A stretch of 60,323 nucleotides of DNA, taken from positions 1 to 60,323 of the forward strand of contig JAURWL010000256.1 in NCBI GenBank assembly GCA_030654965.1, written 5' to 3'. A program made the translations under genes and the position numbers. Under the pieces are notes generated by a model that made no database searches, was not told the origin of the DNA, and saw only the letters and a program-made list of their open reading frames with translations. Origin of the DNA: Dehalococcoidales bacterium. Lineage in GTDB: Bacteria; Chloroflexota; Dehalococcoidia; Dehalococcoidales; Fen-1064. Of the stretch, positions 10,760-20,857 are shown piece by piece. Within the stretch, counting starts at the first letter, position 1. Every line of letters starts with the position of its first letter.

Positions 10760-11530
10760 ATGGTAAATATATACATACTGACACTGTTTCCCCAGATGTT
10801 TGAGGGACCCTTTAGCGCCGGCCTCTTCCAGAAGGCGGTTGAACGTGGCGTGGTTAAAGTTGACATCCGTAATATCCGCGATTACACGCATGACAAACAC
10901 CACACCACGGACGATTATCCTTATGGCGGTGGCGCCGGTATGGTAATGAAACCCGAACCTCTATTTGAAGCGGTTGAAGCCGTTAAGAATGAGCTTTCAC
11001 AACAAGGCATAGAGAACGTGCCGGTTATCCTGCTCTCCCCACAGGGAAGACTTTTCACCGAGCAGGTGGCGCTGGAGCTTTCAAAACATACTCACCTTAT
11101 CTTCATCTGCGGGCAGTACGAAGGCATTGACGAACGAGTCTCTGAATATCTCGCCACTGATGAAATCAGCATTGGCGATTATGTTCTCACGGGTGGTGAA
11201 TTAGCGGCGATGGTCGTAGTGAATGCTGTGGTCAGGCTTATCCCCGGCTTTCTTGGCTCGCCCGATTCTCTGCTCTCCGAATCCCACACAACGGGTCTGC
11301 TGGAATATCCCCAATACACTCGCCCGCCTGTGTTCCGCGATTGGGCAGTCCCGGAAGTCCTGCTCTCCGGCAATCATGCACAGATTGCACAGTGGCGGCG
11401 TGAGCAATCTCTACTCCGTACCGCAAAACGACGCTCGGATTTGCTTGCCAAGGCAAACCTTTACCCGGAAGAGAAAAGGTTCATTCAGAGGTTGGAAACC
11501 TCAGTAGATATAGGAGTTAAAGAACAATGA
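10760..11530 (+). CDS. trmD: tRNA m1G37 methyltransferase
   Basis: [48 protein letters not shown]. Confidence 0.97.
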   Translation: MVNIYILTLFPQMFEGPFSAGLFQKAVERGVVKVDIRNIRDYTHDKHHTTDDYPYGGGAGMVMKPEPLFEAVEAVKNELSQQGIENVPVILLSPQGRLFTEQVALELSKHTHLIFICGQYEGIDERVSEYLATDEISIGDYVLTGGELAAMVVVNAVVRLIPGFLGSPDSLLSESHTTGLLEYPQYTRPPVFRDWAVPEVLLSGNHAQIAQWRREQSLLRTAKRRSDLLAKANLYPEEKRFIQRLETSVDIGVKEQ

Positions 11531-11952
11531 GCGCTACACAACTAGCTGAAATCAAACCTAAGTCTAAACTCCCCACAATTTCCCCTGGAGACACCGTACG
11601 TGTCAATCTGAAGGTTGTTGAGGGAGATAAAGAGCGTATTCAGCCCTACCAGGGCGTCGTCATTCGTGTCCGCAATGGTGATGCTGGTGGCACTTTCACA
11701 GTGAGAAGGGTCGCTTATGGCGTCGGTATCGAGCGCACGTTCCCGATGGCTTCACCACTCATTGAGAAAGTGCAGGTGATTCGTCACGGCAAAGTCCGCC
11801 GCGCAAAGCTCTACTACCTGCGTGGATTAAGCGCCAAGAAAGCCCGCATCAAGGAGCGCCGTTATCCCCGGGGTATGGCAGAAGAATTAACACCCACCGC
11901 GGAACCGGAACAGCCCCCCGAACCAACCCCATCACCTGAGCAGATGAAATAA
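11527..11952 (+). CDS. rplS: 50S ribosomal protein L19
   Basis: [28 protein letters not shown]. Confidence 0.97.
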   Translation: MSATQLAEIKPKSKLPTISPGDTVRVNLKVVEGDKERIQPYQGVVIRVRNGDAGGTFTVRRVAYGVGIERTFPMASPLIEKVQVIRHGKVRRAKLYYLRGLSAKKARIKERRYPRGMAEELTPTAEPEQPPEPTPSPEQMK

Positions 11953-11986
11953 ATAAGTAAGCCAGACAGTCAGGGTGGAGTCCAGG

Positions 11987-14416
11987 ATGGGGTATGCCGA
12001 GGTTTGCGTCAATGCGCCAACCGCACAACTGCGCACCTTCAGTTATGCTATTCCTTCTAATCTGGGTGTTCAGTCAGGACAAGCGGTCTGGGTGCCTTTC
12101 GGACAGAGGCTTCTACAGGGAATTGTCATTGAAATTACAGACATACCCGCCGTAGAAAATACGAAGGACATTGCCGGTGTTATTGACCAGCAAGCGCTGT
12201 TATCACCAGAACAAATTACTTTAGCGCGTTGGATTTCAGATTATTATCTCTCCTCTTTATGGAACGCTTTAGCCCTGACGATGCCACCTGGTTTCGAACG
12301 TCGGGTGCTTACTTATCTTTACCCGGTAAAACGTGCCTATGATGAATCGGCACTTAATGAGACGCAATTTCGCATCCTGACTCGCGCCCAAGATGATGGT
12401 AGAGTGAGTCTTAAGGAGCTTGAGAAATCTCTGGGGAAGAAAAAAGCGCAAGCAAACACCCTGCAACTGGTAAAGCTCGGCGTGCTGAAACGTCAGTATG
12501 AAATAGAGCGTGCCCGGGTTAAAGTCAAAGAAACGCCTTATGTGCGTTTATTAGCGACACCCGTTCGGGTGATGGAAGTGCTGAAAGAGATGACCGGTGG
12601 GCGGGCAAAGAGACAGGTTATCTTACTGAAATACCTCGCCGAGCAATCAGCGCCGATTGAACTCACGGAAATTAAAAAGAAGACCGATTGTGACCGGCTC
12701 ACTATTAATGCCCTCGTGAAAAAAGGGCTGGCTGTGATTGAGAACGTCACAGTACGACGCGAACCGCTCGAGCTACAACGGGTGCAACTATCTCAACCCC
12801 TTCCTCTTACCGCGGCACAGGACACCGTTTTCAGACCCATCCGTGCGAGTCTTCTACAAAGCGAAAAGTCAGAACCCAAAATCTTTCTGCTTCACGGCGT
12901 TACCGGCAGTGGCAAGACAGAAATCTATCTGCAGGCGCTGGCAGAGACAATAAAACTGGGCAAGCGCGGCATCGTGCTGGTGCCGGAAATCGCACTTACT
13001 CCTCAGACTATTGAGCGTTTTGCCGCACGGTTCCCGGGTAGAGTCGCTATTTTGCACAGCCATCTCTCTCTAGGGGAGCAGTTCGATGAATGGTGGCGAA
13101 TCAAGAATGGTGAGGTAGACGTCGTCATCGGACCGAGAAGCGCGCTTTTTGCGCCGCAACCGGACCTGGGTATCATCATCATCGATGAAGAGCACGAATG
13201 GACGTATAAACAGCACGAACAATCGCCGCGTTACCATACCCGTCATGTCGCATTGAAAATGAGTAAACAAATAGGGTGCACGGTGGTCATGGGTAGCGCC
13301 ACTCCCGATATTGAGACTTATTACCACGCCGTCAAGGGCGACTTTCATTTACTCCGTTTACTGGAAAGAGTCACACCCGTAGAGAATGCGCCTCTTCCCG
13401 GCGTTACCATCATTGACATGCGAAGCGAGCTTAAAGACGGCAACCGGAGCATATTCAGTCGGGCGCTCACCGCTGCTATCGATAGAGTCGTGGAAAACCA
13501 TGAACAGGCAATTCTCTTTCTGAACCGTCGCGGTATGTCAACCTACATCCAGTGCCGTAATTGCGGTTATGTATTAAAGTGCCGGCGCTGTGAAGTACCA
13601 CTTACTTATCACCTTGATACGGAAGCGCTCCTCTGCCACCAATGCAACTATCACACAAACGTGCCACAGGTCTGCCCGAAATGCTCCAGCCGGCGCATCC
13701 GTTTTCTCGGCATCGGCACAGAGAAACTGGAACAGGAAGTGAAGCTGGCTTTCCCGATGGCAAGATTATTGCGCTGGGATAGAGATGTAACACGCGGTAG
13801 ATATTCTCACCAGAGAATCCTCAATAAATTCCGTTCTCATGAGGCGGATATCCTTGTCGGTACGCAGATGGTCGCGAAAGGACTGGACTTGCCACTGGTA
13901 ACACTCGTCGGTGTAATTAATGCTGACCTTAGCCTCAGTCTGCCCGATTTCCGTGCCAGCGAAAGGACCTTTCAATTACTGAGCCAGGTGGCAGGGAGAG
14001 CCGGGCGAGGACCTGTAGAGGGTCATGTCATTATTCAGACCTACAATCCTGAGCATTATGCAATTCAAGCCGCCGCAGAACACAATTATGCCCTCTTTTA
14101 CGAACAGGAAATCAATTACCGCCGACAATTTCATGAACCGCCTTTTGTTCAGCTTGCGAACCTGACCTATACCAATACAAATGACAATCGTTGCATGGAA
14201 GAATCCAGTAAGATGGTAATACGTATTAAAGAAGAACGGGATAGACTTGGTCTTGCCGGCATCGAACTGATTGGTCCCGCGCCCGCTTATATACACCGTC
14301 TCCGGGGCCGGTACCGCTGGAAACTCATCATCCGCGGTATGGAGCTTTCGCCATTCCTGTCACGAATTCCTCTACCTTCGGGCTGGACGGTGGATATTGA
14401 CCCAATCGGGCTCTAG
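11987..14416 (+). CDS. priA: Primosomal protein N' (PriA)
   Basis: GVTGSGKTE, DEEHE, four CxxC pairs, GTQMVAKGLD, QVAGRAGR; ATG at 11987 after GGAG. Confidence 0.96.
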   Translation: MGYAEVCVNAPTAQLRTFSYAIPSNLGVQSGQAVWVPFGQRLLQGIVIEITDIPAVENTKDIAGVIDQQALLSPEQITLARWISDYYLSSLWNALALTMPPGFERRVLTYLYPVKRAYDESALNETQFRILTRAQDDGRVSLKELEKSLGKKKAQANTLQLVKLGVLKRQYEIERARVKVKETPYVRLLATPVRVMEVLKEMTGGRAKRQVILLKYLAEQSAPIELTEIKKKTDCDRLTINALVKKGLAVIENVTVRREPLELQRVQLSQPLPLTAAQDTVFRPIRASLLQSEKSEPKIFLLHGVTGSGKTEIYLQALAETIKLGKRGIVLVPEIALTPQTIERFAARFPGRVAILHSHLSLGEQFDEWWRIKNGEVDVVIGPRSALFAPQPDLGIIIIDEEHEWTYKQHEQSPRYHTRHVALKMSKQIGCTVVMGSATPDIETYYHAVKGDFHLLRLLERVTPVENAPLPGVTIIDMRSELKDGNRSIFSRALTAAIDRVVENHEQAILFLNRRGMSTYIQCRNCGYVLKCRRCEVPLTYHLDTEALLCHQCNYHTNVPQVCPKCSSRRIRFLGIGTEKLEQEVKLAFPMARLLRWDRDVTRGRYSHQRILNKFRSHEADILVGTQMVAKGLDLPLVTLVGVINADLSLSLPDFRASERTFQLLSQVAGRAGRGPVEGHVIIQTYNPEHYAIQAAAEHNYALFYEQEINYRRQFHEPPFVQLANLTYTNTNDNRCMEESSKMVIRIKEERDRLGLAGIELIGPAPAYIHRLRGRYRWKLIIRGMELSPFLSRIPLPSGWTVDIDPIGL

Positions 14417-14449
14417 GAATTAGTATGTAAATGGAGCAGGAGAAACAAT

Positions 14450-14959
14450 ATGGCGGTCAAACCAATCCGCACCGTGCCCGACCCTATTCTGCGCCAGAAG
14501 GCAAAGCGGGTTAAAACAATAGATAATAGCATCCAGAAGCTCATCGCTGATATGCGCGAGACCTTAATGTCAGCCAATGGCGTCGGTCTGGCAGCACCTC
14601 AGGTTGGAGTTTCGCTACGGGTGATTGTTATCAGTATTCCGCATCAAGACCAGAAGAACGACGAATACTGTTTAATTAATCCCGAAATTGTCCGCCGTAC
14701 AGGTGAACGTGCGGTGAGAGAGGGATGCTTGAGCATTCCCGGCTATATCGGTGAAATTAAGCGCAGTGAACAGGTACGGGTCAAGGGAATTGACACCGCC
14801 GGGAAAGAGCTAAAACTGCGCGCCGAAGGGTTGCTCGCCGAGGCGCTGGAACATGAAATCGACCATATCAATGGCGTGCTCTACGTTGACCATCTGGAAA
14901 GCCAGGACAAGCTCCAGAAGGTAGAGCCAGAACCGGAATCCAAAGACGTGTCTATATAA
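14450..14959 (+). CDS. def: Peptide deformylase
   Basis: GVGLAAPQVG, EGCLS, HEIDH. Confidence 0.97.
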   Translation: MAVKPIRTVPDPILRQKAKRVKTIDNSIQKLIADMRETLMSANGVGLAAPQVGVSLRVIVISIPHQDQKNDEYCLINPEIVRRTGERAVREGCLSIPGYIGEIKRSEQVRVKGIDTAGKELKLRAEGLLAEALEHEIDHINGVLYVDHLESQDKLQKVEPEPESKDVSI

Positions 14960-14967
14960 GCAGGTTC

Positions 14968-16161
14968 CTAGAACATATCCGCGCAAGCCGGTCGGTAAAT
15001 CGTTCGCATTATCTTATCCCAGATTGGTAACATATCAGTCTTTTGCGCATCCAAACGACCCATTCGTGCCGCTTCAGTAGCGCTGATTTGCCCGAAGGCA
15101 AGTAGTGCCAGTGTGCTGACCGGCATTGTCACCTGAGGTGACTGACGTGTACGAGTTACCTTACTTCCCTGTGCGGAAACTTCCAGCTTCCAGCCTCCGT
15201 TATTCCACTTACAGACGTTGTCAATCAAACTAAACGTCAGCTTACCTTCTTCCTGATACCCGCGCTGGGTCAATGCGCTACTGACATCGACAATACGCCC
15301 TAACAAGCAATCGACTGCAGTAGCCCGTAGTCTACGTGGTTCAAGTAGGAGGTGCATTAATGGGTCATCACTCGGCGCCCTTTGCCAGTTTATTTCTGCA
15401 ATCAAGTCCAATGTAGCGAGATTTTCCCATATGGCACGATATGCCGTACTGTTCAACCATATCAGGTCCCGTATAAGAATACGATGTCCGGGTATAATAT
15501 CACCGGGTTGAGGCAAAGTCACAAAAACAATATACCCCGAAGGTGTACCGTTTTCCTCATATACTATCCTGTTTAAAGACCCACCGGGTGGTGCTGTCGC
15601 CAGTACGCTATTATCCCACATCGGCTTACTACGGTGTAGATAGCCGGTGCGGTTCTCCCGAAACTTACGATATAGTTCTACCATTCGTTCCAATTCTTGT
15701 TCACCTGATTCACGCAATGAACCATTTATTCTGTGGGGAAAAGCAAACTGAACATAGCGTGGCTCTATGAAGTAGCTGAATCGAGTGGATACGACGCCAT
15801 AACCGTATCGCTGATAAATAGCCGCCCAACTTGCCCAGAGAATGGCAATTGCACTTTCGCCTTTTTCATGCATACTTTCAAAGTGCTTTGTCATTATCCT
15901 TCGCAAATATCCTCGTCGGTGGTATGCCGGTTGCGAACCCACCATCGTGATACCTGAAACTGCCACGCCATTACCATTGAACCGCATTGTCAGCGGCCAT
16001 GCGGCAAAAGTGGTAACTAGCTTCTCATCCTCAAAGCCACACAATGTCCATTCCGGTCGCATGCCTTCAAAAGAAGACGGCTTCATCACGAGTGCCATAG
16101 CGGCAATACGACGGAATTCTTCCATCTCTTCAGTACGTACAGGTCTTATCTCAAATGGCAT
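14968..16161 (-). CDS. Eis-like GNAT acetyltransferase
   Basis: GNAT motif (PAYHRRGY, IYQRYGYG), RIVDV..AL..RGY, SCP2-like C-terminus ending DMF. Confidence 0.85.
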   Translation of the reverse strand: MPFEIRPVRTEEMEEFRRIAAMALVMKPSSFEGMRPEWTLCGFEDEKLVTTFAAWPLTMRFNGNGVAVSGITMVGSQPAYHRRGYLRRIMTKHFESMHEKGESAIAILWASWAAIYQRYGYGVVSTRFSYFIEPRYVQFAFPHRINGSLRESGEQELERMVELYRKFRENRTGYLHRSKPMWDNSVLATAPPGGSLNRIVYEENGTPSGYIVFVTLPQPGDIIPGHRILIRDLIWLNSTAYRAIWENLATLDLIAEINWQRAPSDDPLMHLLLEPRRLRATAVDCLLGRIVDVSSALTQRGYQEEGKLTFSLIDNVCKWNNGGWKLEVSAQGSKVTRTRQSPQVTMPVSTLALLAFGQISATEAARMGRLDAQKTDMLPIWDKIMRTIYRPACADMF

Positions 16162-16183
16162 GCATCACCTCACTTTATGTCTA

Positions 16184-17353
16184 CTATTTCTCGCTAAGTA
16201 GGTAATCAATCGCCCACTGAACACCATCAACTGTTTCAAAGTCGAGTTCAGTGTCAGGCTGAATGCCATTACCCTCGATAAGGTTCCCGTTCGGTGTCAC
16301 CCAGCGTGCGATGGTGATATAAATGCCCGAGCCATCAGATAGCTTCAGCAGCTGGTTCACACTCCCTTTACCATAGGTTTTTTCTCCAGCAATAAGCGCC
16401 CTTTTGTAGTCTTGTAACGCTCCCGCTAGAATTTCACTCGCGCTGGCGCTGTAATGGTCAACGAGCACCACCATCGGCAGGCTAGTTTTGTATGCCAGCG
16501 GATTGACAGAATCGGAATCCTTACTGCTGTCAGGATAGACCACGCTGACGACCACGCCCTTGTCCAGAAAATGGCTTGCCACCTGAATGACCGTTGAAAG
16601 CAAACCACCCGGGTTACTACGAAGGTCAAGCACGATGCCTTTTGCTTTGTTATCAGATATTGTTTTTAAAACCGACACCAGCTCATCATCGGTACGCTCT
16701 GTGAAGTTGGTGATAGTGATATGGGCATAATCACCCTTCATCTCTAGAGTGACGGATGGAATCTTTATTTCCGCCCGGATAATTTCCAGCGTTACCGGCT
16801 CAGCATCGTCTTTGTGAAGCACGGTAAGTTTGACCGGTGTGCCCTTTGGTCCCCTAATCAGCAGGACAACCTCAGTCACACTCATATCTATAGTTGTCTT
16901 CCCATCAACTTCCAGAATAATATCGCCGGATTTAATACCCGCTTCAGCTGCCGGGGTATCAGGAATTGGCGCAATTACAGTGACTCTACCATTTTCCGAC
17001 CCCACATACGCACCGATACCCTCAAACTGTCCGGCAAAATCGCTGACACTCATCGCGTATTGTTCTTGTGTCAGATAGGCGCTATAGGGGTCATTCAGCC
17101 CCTGCACCAAACCCTTGAGAATACCTTCATTCATCTTCTGAGTATCAATCTTGTCCGGTTCAACATACTCTTTCAGAATAATTTGGTAGGCTTCTTCCAG
17201 AAGTTTCAAATTCAGTTCCTGATTTGTATTCTGGGTCGTATTCGAATTAGAGGCGGGTTTGAAAATGTCCAGCGTACACCCGCCGATGAAAGACAGTCCC
17301 AGCGCAATAATTATGCAAAGCGAAATAAGTGCCGTTCTCATTTTTTTAGTCAT
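16184..17353 (-). CDS. S41 C-terminal processing peptidase (CtpA-like)
   Basis: DPYS, GIGA PDZ loop, DLRSNPGG, SASASE, TYGKGSV, N-terminal hydrophobic segment. Confidence 0.93.
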   Translation of the reverse strand: MTKKMRTALISLCIIIALGLSFIGGCTLDIFKPASNSNTTQNTNQELNLKLLEEAYQIILKEYVEPDKIDTQKMNEGILKGLVQGLNDPYSAYLTQEQYAMSVSDFAGQFEGIGAYVGSENGRVTVIAPIPDTPAAEAGIKSGDIILEVDGKTTIDMSVTEVVLLIRGPKGTPVKLTVLHKDDAEPVTLEIIRAEIKIPSVTLEMKGDYAHITITNFTERTDDELVSVLKTISDNKAKGIVLDLRSNPGGLLSTVIQVASHFLDKGVVVSVVYPDSSKDSDSVNPLAYKTSLPMVVLVDHYSASASEILAGALQDYKRALIAGEKTYGKGSVNQLLKLSDGSGIYITIARWVTPNGNLIEGNGIQPDTELDFETVDGVQWAIDYLLSEK

Positions 17354-17534
17354 AAATGTACCTCTCTCCTGTGAAAATCATAACAGATAGACCACTCAAA
17401 CTCTAATTCTGAAGTCGCAAACAAAGCCTGATTTCAAATCATCGAACATGTGAAATCTCTTGTGTCAAACAGACGATTGAGCAATAGTATCAAGCCTGAG
17501 TGACAATAATACTTGATAAGATTTTATATGCAGA

Positions 17535-17894
17535 GGGCCAAGTAGACCTGTAAGCCGAGTTCTGTATCCCGATAGCATCGGGACGGTGACCATCTATCTA
17601 GCCCCGATGTTACCACCGGGGTCAAGCGACCAACCCGGGGACTGGCCGGGCGTCCATATATCCCCCTATTTGGTCTTGCTCCGGGTGTGGTTTTCCCAGC
17701 CGAACGGTTACCCGTCCGCTGGTGAGCTCTTACCTCACCATTTCACCCTTACCCCGATTCATCATCGGGGCGGTATGTTTCTGTGGCACTTTCCGTAGGG
17801 TCGCCCCTCCCGGGTGTTACCCGGCACCCTGCCCGGTAGAGCTCGGACTTTCCTCCCCGATTTAGTCAGGGCGGTCACCCGGTCTACTTGTCCC
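17535..17894 (-). ncRNA. rnpB: RNase P RNA (bacterial type A)
   Basis: Minus strand has GAGGAAAGTCCGAGC near the 5' end and ACAGAACTCGGCTTA near the 3' end; terminal helix CAAGTAGACC/GGTCTACTTG. Confidence 0.95.
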
Positions 17895-17900
17895 ACCACC

Positions 17901-17929
17901 ACTCTAGTCTACCGTGTAAAATAAGTCAA
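17901..17929 (-). promoter_or_regulatory. Sigma70 promoter currently in front of rnpB
   Basis: TTGACT-17 nt-TAGAGT immediately before the RNA 5' end. Confidence 0.7.
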
Positions 17930-17982
17930 TCATTAATTCTAAATAGTCATTATGGTAATTACTTTATGCAGTGCTTGACTGC

Positions 17983-18086
17983 TTTTGCTAACGGTTTGCT
18001 AATACTTTTTTAAAGGGGATTAAAAATTAGCCTCAAAAATGCCATGCCTAGATATTACCAAATATGCCTCTTTTGTAGCTAAAGTG
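17983..18086 (+). repeat. Diverged ~104-bp direct repeat, copy 1
   Basis: TTTTGCTAACGGTTTGCTAA, TAGCCTCAAAAATGC and GCTAAAGTG recur at a constant +2486 offset. Confidence 0.85.
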
Positions 18087-18211
18087 AGATATTACTTATA
18101 AAAGAGATACAGGAGGTACATCGTGCCGGGAAGTAGAATAATCGTGTAGTCTGAATACTCTAAAAGGTTATGCTTTGCCTAAATTCACCAATAGTGATAA
18201 AATTGGCACAA

Positions 18212-18817
18212 TCAAAAGGGCTTCTCTTTGATGCATTCCTTAAACGTATTCCATGACGGTTCGCAACTCTCTTCTAAATCGAATTCATAATTACTTAGAG
18301 CCCAAATATTTACTAAGCCCTGAACCATTCCAAAAAAGAGTAATGCCGCTCCATGTAAATCCAAATCCTTACGTAGTTCACCTGATTTTATTCCTTTAGA
18401 TAGGAGACCTTTAATACCGACTACATATTTATCAATAATTTCGGATATTCTCCTGTTCAGTTTCTTATCACCAAGGCTGATAATTTCAGCAATGACTTGA
18501 AATGAGATGCCCTGCCTTTGTTTAATAGCGGATAGATGCCCCTTGAGGATATTATCTAGAATTTCTAAGCAGGAATCACTGTTAGCGATGCTTGTCGTTA
18601 TATCGCCTAGCAGGTCATCCTCAATAATGTCTGCGAGTAGAGATAATATGTCCCGTTTGCTATTAAAATGTCTATAGACAGCGCCTTCAGAGAGACCTAC
18701 TTCTTTAGCAATGGCTCTCACAGTGATATTCTCACTGCCACGCTTTATAATCAGTCTTTTAGCGGCGGTTACAATCTGGTCCTTCCTGATTGCCGTTGTT
18801 CTGCGTCGTTGTACCAT
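18212..18817 (-). CDS. TetR/AcrR family regulator
   Basis: HTH ITVRAIAKEVGLSEGAVYRHFNSKRDI. Confidence 0.93.
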   Translation of the reverse strand: MVQRRRTTAIRKDQIVTAAKRLIIKRGSENITVRAIAKEVGLSEGAVYRHFNSKRDILSLLADIIEDDLLGDITTSIANSDSCLEILDNILKGHLSAIKQRQGISFQVIAEIISLGDKKLNRRISEIIDKYVVGIKGLLSKGIKSGELRKDLDLHGAALLFFGMVQGLVNIWALSNYEFDLEESCEPSWNTFKECIKEKPF

Positions 18818-18909
18818 CTATCGCTCCTTTAGGCATAGAGCTCATTCAGGATACATGATATTTATTCTACACGACTGCTTGATTATACCACGTAGATAAA
18901 TAATCTATT

Positions 18910-19173
18910 CTAGCGCAGAATTAACCATAAGATAAAAATCATGAGAAGTATTATTCCAGCAAGAATAGCTATGCGTTTGATTTCAGGGAGCACATTATTA
19001 TGTTCAGCCATCATTTTCATTGTCATCGCTGTGTTTTTAGGCAAGGGGGGTTTAGTCGAAGATAGAGGTTCTACCGCTGTTGGCTTCTGCGCTATCTTTT
19101 CTGATGGTTGAATAGAACGAACACTTTGCCCTTTGTTATATCTCGTTTTCTTTTTCCGTGGTTTTTTGCTCAT
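18910..19173 (-). CDS. Small hypothetical protein, basic N-terminus and C-terminal TM anchor
   Basis: MSKKPRKKK...EIKRIAILAGIILLMIFILWLILR; GGAG before ATG 19173. Confidence 0.7.
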   Translation of the reverse strand: MSKKPRKKKTRYNKGQSVRSIQPSEKIAQKPTAVEPLSSTKPPLPKNTAMTMKMMAEHNNVLPEIKRIAILAGIILLMIFILWLILR

Positions 19174-19214
19174 GTAGTACTCCACACCTATTTTCGCACA
19201 GTTATTGACAATGT

Positions 19215-19333
19215 AGTATGTAATCAATTACTTACTATAAGATAATACGCAACTTCAGTTTTGTCAAATCATTGATAAGGTAATTTGACAATAAAGACGG
19301 TTCTATAATAATGTAAGTAAACAATCACATACA
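19215..19333. promoter_or_regulatory. Divergent promoters with two related 22-bp imperfect palindromes (putative TetR operators)
   Basis: AGTATGTAATCAATTACTTACT (19215-19236) and TGTAAGTAAACAATCACATACA (19312-19333); minus-strand TTGACA-17-TATCTT; plus-strand TTGACA at 19285. Confidence 0.6.
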
Positions 19334-19422
19334 AATCATCTCGGCGTTATTATTATGTTAACGTCAGAGTATCGCTGAAGTATCTAAAAAACTTTCAATA
19401 TTGAGCAAGGGGGGAAAACAAT

Positions 19423-20436
19423 TTGGTCTGGATACAGTTTGCTGTATGCCTCGCGATAATCATTATCGCTGGCACGCGACTACCAAAATATGGTGATATT
19501 ATCGCTGAAAAAACAGGACTGGGACATGTCTGGGTTGGTATCGTTCTGCTTGCTACGGTGACATCCTTGCCAGAAGTTGCCACGGGAATCAGTTCCGTAG
19601 CTATAATACAAAGCCCTGATTTAGCTATCGGTGACCTTTTTGGTGCAAGCCTGATAAACCTAGGTATTATTGCTGTTATTGATGTTCTTTATAAAAAAGG
19701 GCCGGTTCTCCATCTCCTGGGGACTGGAATCGTCCTGGCTACTATTTTAAGTATGTTATTGATTGCAGCCGCGGCAGCCTCTATCCTTCTGGCACACAGC
19801 GGGTTCAACCTGAATGTTTTCGGCTTTATCGGTATCTATTCTCCCATCCTATTTTGTCTGTTTTTAATATCGCAGTATATGTTATTCCGCTTTAAAACGA
19901 GGCAACCGGATACAACTGACAATGCTAATTCTCAAAGTACAACCTATGCATCCGTATCTTTGAAGAGAACCTTATTGTATTTCGGTCTCACTGCGATAGC
20001 TATTGTCGGTGCCGGGATATGGCTGGGATTTATCGGTGACCAAATTTCGAACTCTACTGGTTTGAAAGCAAGTTTTGTGGGAACATTATTCCTTGCTTTT
20101 AGTACCACTGCTCCTGAGATGGTGGTATCTATCTCAGCCGCACGAATGGGAGCCTTGGAGATGGCGGTTGCCAATGTTGTTGGTAGTAACTTGTTCAATA
20201 TAGGGGTAATCATTTTCTTAATCGACCTGTTTTTCAGTGAGGGACCAATATTAAAGTATGTGAGTACCGGTCACATTCTCACAGCATTGTTTGCTTTAAT
20301 GATGAGCAGTATTGTGATTATCGGCATTATCTTCCGGCCTAAGTTCTGGATGAAGAGTTGGGTAGGTATGGATACTACCTTCATCGCTATTTTATATATT
20401 GCTGCTCTTGTGACACTCTACTTTTTTGGAAGATAA
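19423..20436 (+). CDS. Na+/Ca2+ exchanger (CaCA) family antiporter
   Basis: Alpha repeats ATVTSLPE and AFSTTAPE, ANVVGSNLFN; TTG start. Confidence 0.9.
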   Translation: MVWIQFAVCLAIIIIAGTRLPKYGDIIAEKTGLGHVWVGIVLLATVTSLPEVATGISSVAIIQSPDLAIGDLFGASLINLGIIAVIDVLYKKGPVLHLLGTGIVLATILSMLLIAAAAASILLAHSGFNLNVFGFIGIYSPILFCLFLISQYMLFRFKTRQPDTTDNANSQSTTYASVSLKRTLLYFGLTAIAIVGAGIWLGFIGDQISNSTGLKASFVGTLFLAFSTTAPEMVVSISAARMGALEMAVANVVGSNLFNIGVIIFLIDLFFSEGPILKYVSTGHILTALFALMMSSIVIIGIIFRPKFWMKSWVGMDTTFIAILYIAALVTLYFFGR

Positions 20437-20468
20437 AGATTATCAATGACTCAGATCCAGGCTATTAT

Positions 20469-20572
20469 TTTTGCTAACGGTTTGCTAACGGATTTTTATA
20501 AGTGAAAATAAAATAGCCTCAAAAATGCTATTACTTATTGTTGGCAATAGTGGCATTTTCAAGGCTAAAGTG
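20469..20572 (+). repeat. Diverged ~104-bp direct repeat, copy 2
   Basis: Colinear with 17983-18086; contains tandem TTTGCTAACGG; ends 15 bp before the duplicated rnpB core. Confidence 0.85.
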
Positions 20573-20587
20573 GGTGAATCGGCGAAA

Positions 20588-20634
20588 CTACTTGTCCCAC
20601 AATCACTCTAATACAGCCTGATAAACAAGTCAAT
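20588..20634 (-). repeat. Second copy of the rnpB promoter and first bases
   Basis: Minus strand TTGACT-17-TAGAGT-GATT-GTGGGACAAGTAG. Confidence 0.8.
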
Positions 20635-20791
20635 GTCAGAGAACAATCACTTCTTGTGTGCAGGTTGAAATGATGATGGGGCATTCCTACTTCATTTGTG
20701 CATAGATACCCGCTTTATCATTTTGCGTAGGCAAATAATACCTGATGGAAAAATTCAACCAAATCGGAACGGAACCCTCAGTTTTTGCCTG

Positions 20792-20820
20792 TTGACTGAA
20801 TACGGATTGTCAGATACTAT
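20792..20820 (+). promoter_or_regulatory. Sigma70 promoter for the P-type ATPase operon
   Basis: TTGACT-17-TACTAT. Confidence 0.55.
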
Positions 20821-20857
20821 TGATAAATGGACTTGAAACCGGAGGCACATAAAGAAG

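Larger units (their letters stand above)
17884..20634. mobile_element. AT-rich islet bounded by direct repeats of the rnpB 5' end and promoter; no integrase visible
   Basis: CTACTTGTCCCAC at 17884-17896 and 20588-20600, each followed by ACTCTA and AAGTCAAT at identical spacing; interior is visibly AT-rich. Confidence 0.7.

Noticed and set aside
17369-17386. CTGTGAAAATCATAACAG as a Rex operator
   Set aside because: Several mismatches to consensus and an unlikely target gene.
17586-17798. 70-aa ORF on the + strand
   Set aside because: Antisense to the RNase P RNA gene.
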